64,000 nucleotides of DNA from a virus: positions 1 through 64,000 of the IMG/VR virus record IMGVR_UViG_3300023283_000146, one strand, 5' to 3'. The notes beneath the pieces are model-generated. The model was not told the origin of the DNA. It saw only the letters and a list, made by a program, of their open reading frames with translations, and ran no database searches. Of this stretch, positions 61,833-64,000 are shown piece after piece. Numbering within the stretch: position 1 is the first letter of the stretch; the number at the start of each line of letters is the position of its first letter. Made by a program: the position numbers and the translations under genes.

Positions 61833-62803
61833 TCCTCCTCAGGGCCACGAAATCTTGTGGTCTTCGCACAACGGCATTTGATTGAGTCTTCAGCCGGAGC
61901 CGCAGGGTCGCCTGGGTAACGCAGAAGGTTTCCACGACCACTCAAGAAGGACTCACCAATGGGACGGCTTTGGCCATGCATAAATCGGTGAGAACCACGC
62001 ACACGTTCATCCTGAGAAGTGCTCCAACGTTGTTCGAGCTCTTGCGCATCGAGAGTGCCGTTCTCGATAGCCTGTCGAAACCCTTCATCACTGCCAGCGT
62101 GCACAGCTGACAATGCTTCCGTTCGTGAGATTGTCTCTCCACGAAACGCAACATAGCGCTCACGATAGCGCTCAACCATTCGATTGATCTGGTCTCGTGA
62201 AAGGGTTCGATCTCCCCGAATCGCACCAAGAACCGTTGGATCAAACCTCCGATCACGTAGTTCACGAGTAAGTGCTTCAGCAGAACCTTCTTCAAGAAGC
62301 CGCCGGAAGTTTTCAACAGCCCGTGTCTGAAACTGTGTCAGACCAAGGCTTTCACGAAAAAGCAGTGCTTGCTGACGTGGGTTGAGACCACGCTCAGTCC
62401 CTGCCACCAAAGCAGTACGCACCGCATTTCGTTGTTCATCTACAAACTCACGAATGAGCCTGAACTCATTCTGTTGGAGCTCTTGGACTGCTCGTGCATT
62501 GACCACATCAAATGCAGCTGTGACACGAAACGAGTCACCAATAAAATCCACTACAGCGCCACCAGCCAGCACATACACCTGCGCCCAAGCTGTTGCAAGC
62601 CGGGTGGCAGCAACCTCAGCAGCAAACAACGCTTCATCCACCCTGTTTTGTCGCAACAGGTCTTCAACAACACTCAGCGCTTGTGAGTCACGAACAATCC
62701 GTAAGGCTTCTTCAAATGCATTACGAAAGCGGGCTTCAGCCTGTGCAAGCAAGCGCTGAAGACGTTCTTCAGAAAACTCAAACGTCTGTTTGCGAAGAAT
62801 CAT
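61829..62803 (-). CDS. minor head protein, Mu F / SPP1 gp7-like
   Basis: 324 aa. C-terminal WSTSQDERVRGSHRFMHGQ...PGDPAAPAEDSIKCRC is the Mu F signature. Confidence 0.8.
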   Translation of the reverse strand: MILRKQTFEFSEERLQRLLAQAEARFRNAFEEALRIVRDSQALSVVEDLLRQNRVDEALFAAEVAATRLATAWAQVYVLAGGAVVDFIGDSFRVTAAFDVVNARAVQELQQNEFRLIREFVDEQRNAVRTALVAGTERGLNPRQQALLFRESLGLTQFQTRAVENFRRLLEEGSAEALTRELRDRRFDPTVLGAIRGDRTLSRDQINRMVERYRERYVAFRGETISRTEALSAVHAGSDEGFRQAIENGTLDAQELEQRWSTSQDERVRGSHRFMHGQSRPIGESFLSGRGNLLRYPGDPAAPAEDSIKCRCAKTTRFRGPEEE

Positions 62804-63174
62804 GCACGTGACAAGCAGGTGTAGGTGGCGCTAGCAGGGTCAATCATCACATTGACCACAAAGAAGGTTTGACCTTCAATAATGATTTTGTCATCTGTTG
62901 CTGGTACAATGCTTGAAGGCAAAGTCGCAGCTAACAACAGCACAGAGTCTGTTGCGTTCTGAACCAGTGTTTCATCGATACGATTGCGATCAATCGCTGA
63001 CCGTATCCCACGACAACTGAACTTTCGTTCAGTTGGGTTTGTGCCCCCAGTCAAAGATCCCGTGGTTCGGTCACCAGAAGTAACCTTGATGAGGGTGGCA
63101 GGAAGCAAGTCACGACCATTGTTGAAAGCCTGAGACACTTCCTTAGCTATATCGATCCCAAAAAGCTTAGGCAT
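62800..63174 (-). CDS. head-tail joining/adaptor-like protein (124 aa)
   Basis: ORF track. Size and position; weak resemblance only. Confidence 0.4.
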   Translation of the reverse strand: MPKLFGIDIAKEVSQAFNNGRDLLPATLIKVTSGDRTTGSLTGGTNPTERKFSCRGIRSAIDRNRIDETLVQNATDSVLLLAATLPSSIVPATDDKIIIEGQTFFVVNVMIDPASATYTCLSRA

Positions 63175-63956
63175 CAGATCCCATCCGACAGTCCATATTC
63201 ATCATCGAATACAGAAGAATCTCCGGTGCCCGAAGCAGTAGGCACAGGCAGCGAAGCTGAAGAAGTAAGAAACTGACGTAAGAGCTCCTGCACAATCAAC
63301 GGAAAGCGCAGACCACTTTTCGGCTGGAAGAACTCAACCTCAACTTCTCCAGCCTTCACACGACGACGGTTCGTGCCTGTGTTCTCTTGTGTCTCTAGGC
63401 CAGTGTCTTGACTAATCTCATAGGCTAGTTCAAACTGTGCGCTCTTGAGATCAGTCGGATACTCATCATCCTCTAGCTGATCACCATCCGCATCTACCAG
63501 ACCCTCACGAGGAAAGTCCGCTACTTGATCTTTGAAGGTGACTGTGAAATCTGCACCTGAACCACTGCCCCCACTAACAGAGGCAGGAGAAGAAGGGTCT
63601 TCTGTGTAGGTGCCGGCATGAATCAGATCAACAGCAGTGATGGCCCCGCCAGAGACACCAGTAACTTTCAACTGTGCAGCTTCCCCGAACGTGCCACCAC
63701 TAACAGTGAGGAGATCGTTGAGCGCATAACCTGAACCAGGCGTATTCACAGCCACAGTATCAATAATGTTGACACCTTTCGCTGTGCCCAGGAAGGTTTG
63801 TCGCTCAATGAGTCGGTAAGCTGTGATGAGCGCTCGCTTTTTGGCTTCTTCGCCCACACCCAGCCAGGCGAGTGCCGCACGAGCAGACTCATCAAGGTAG
63901 GCGTTTGCGTCCGTGAGCGTGCCGTAACTGTTCTTGCCGACTGTGAGAGTAACCAT
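63174..63956 (-). CDS. gp6/DnaT-like head-tail connector N-terminus fused to one GSGY-type module
   Basis: 260 aa. The N-terminus YGTLTDANAYLDESARAALAWLGVGEEAKKRALITAYRLIE is connector-like. The module lies at residues about 68-141. Confidence 0.5.
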   Translation of the reverse strand: MVTLTVGKNSYGTLTDANAYLDESARAALAWLGVGEEAKKRALITAYRLIERQTFLGTAKGVNIIDTVAVNTPGSGYALNDLLTVSGGTFGEAAQLKVTGVSGGAITAVDLIHAGTYTEDPSSPASVSGGSGSGADFTVTFKDQVADFPREGLVDADGDQLEDDEYPTDLKSAQFELAYEISQDTGLETQENTGTNRRRVKAGEVEVEFFQPKSGLRFPLIVQELLRQFLTSSASLPVPTASGTGDSSVFDDEYGLSDGI

Positions 63957-64000
63957 CAGGCGTTGTCCACGTTGGGCTCAATCGTCATCGTGCCCACGGC
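63956..64000 (-). CDS. 3' end of a further minus-strand gene entering from beyond the right edge
   Basis: Open frame ...AVGTMTIEPNVDNA-stop. Its TGA overlaps the ATG at 63956 (ATGA). Confidence 0.4.
   Translation of the reverse strand, partial: AVGTMTIEPNVDNA

Overview
The window reads as one tailed-phage (siphovirus-type) genome segment or prophage interior. I see no host housekeeping genes, rRNA, tRNA, CRISPR array, integrase or transposase. All calls come from reading the sequence and ORF track by eye; family names are recalled consensus patterns, not searches.

Layout:
(1) A minus-strand packaging module sits at the left end: terS, terL, portal, then two more virion-module genes. The last has a 21-aa tandem-repeat C-terminus and runs off the left edge.
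(2) A repeat-dense control region spans 5.7-9.9 kb. It holds a composite ~280-bp repeat element with a twin at 43.2 kb, iteron-like arrays, and arrays of the perfect palindrome TCTTACGTAAGA. It also holds a 2.6-kb G+C-rich, CTAG-saturated island with six small minus-strand genes.
(3) A plus-strand early operon of about 28 small genes spans 9.9-20.3 kb. In its first half a conserved ACAAGTCAYC element is butted directly against the ATG where a Shine-Dalgarno would normally sit. Its second half is a high-GC module that uses overlapping GTGA/ATGA junctions instead.
(4) An accessory block of membrane and secreted proteins spans 20.4-25.2 kb.
(5) A minus-strand replication operon runs from 43.0 to 25.2 kb: SNF2 helicase, RecD-like helicase, family-A DNA polymerase, VRR-NUC and primase-helicase. 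It carries what looks like a thymidine-hypermodification cassette at 30.2-36.2 kb: ThyA-like hydroxymethylase, HD and MazG-like enzymes, P-loop kinase, two aGPT-Pplase-like genes, an FAD oxidoreductase and a GNAT.
(6) Minus-strand head, tail and tail-tip genes run from 64.0 to 43.4 kb, including the tape measure and a canonical G/GT -1 frameshift site.

The signals most worth follow-up are the start-associated motif, the CTAG-rich island with its flanking palindrome arrays, the twin composite repeat elements, and the hypermodification cassette.
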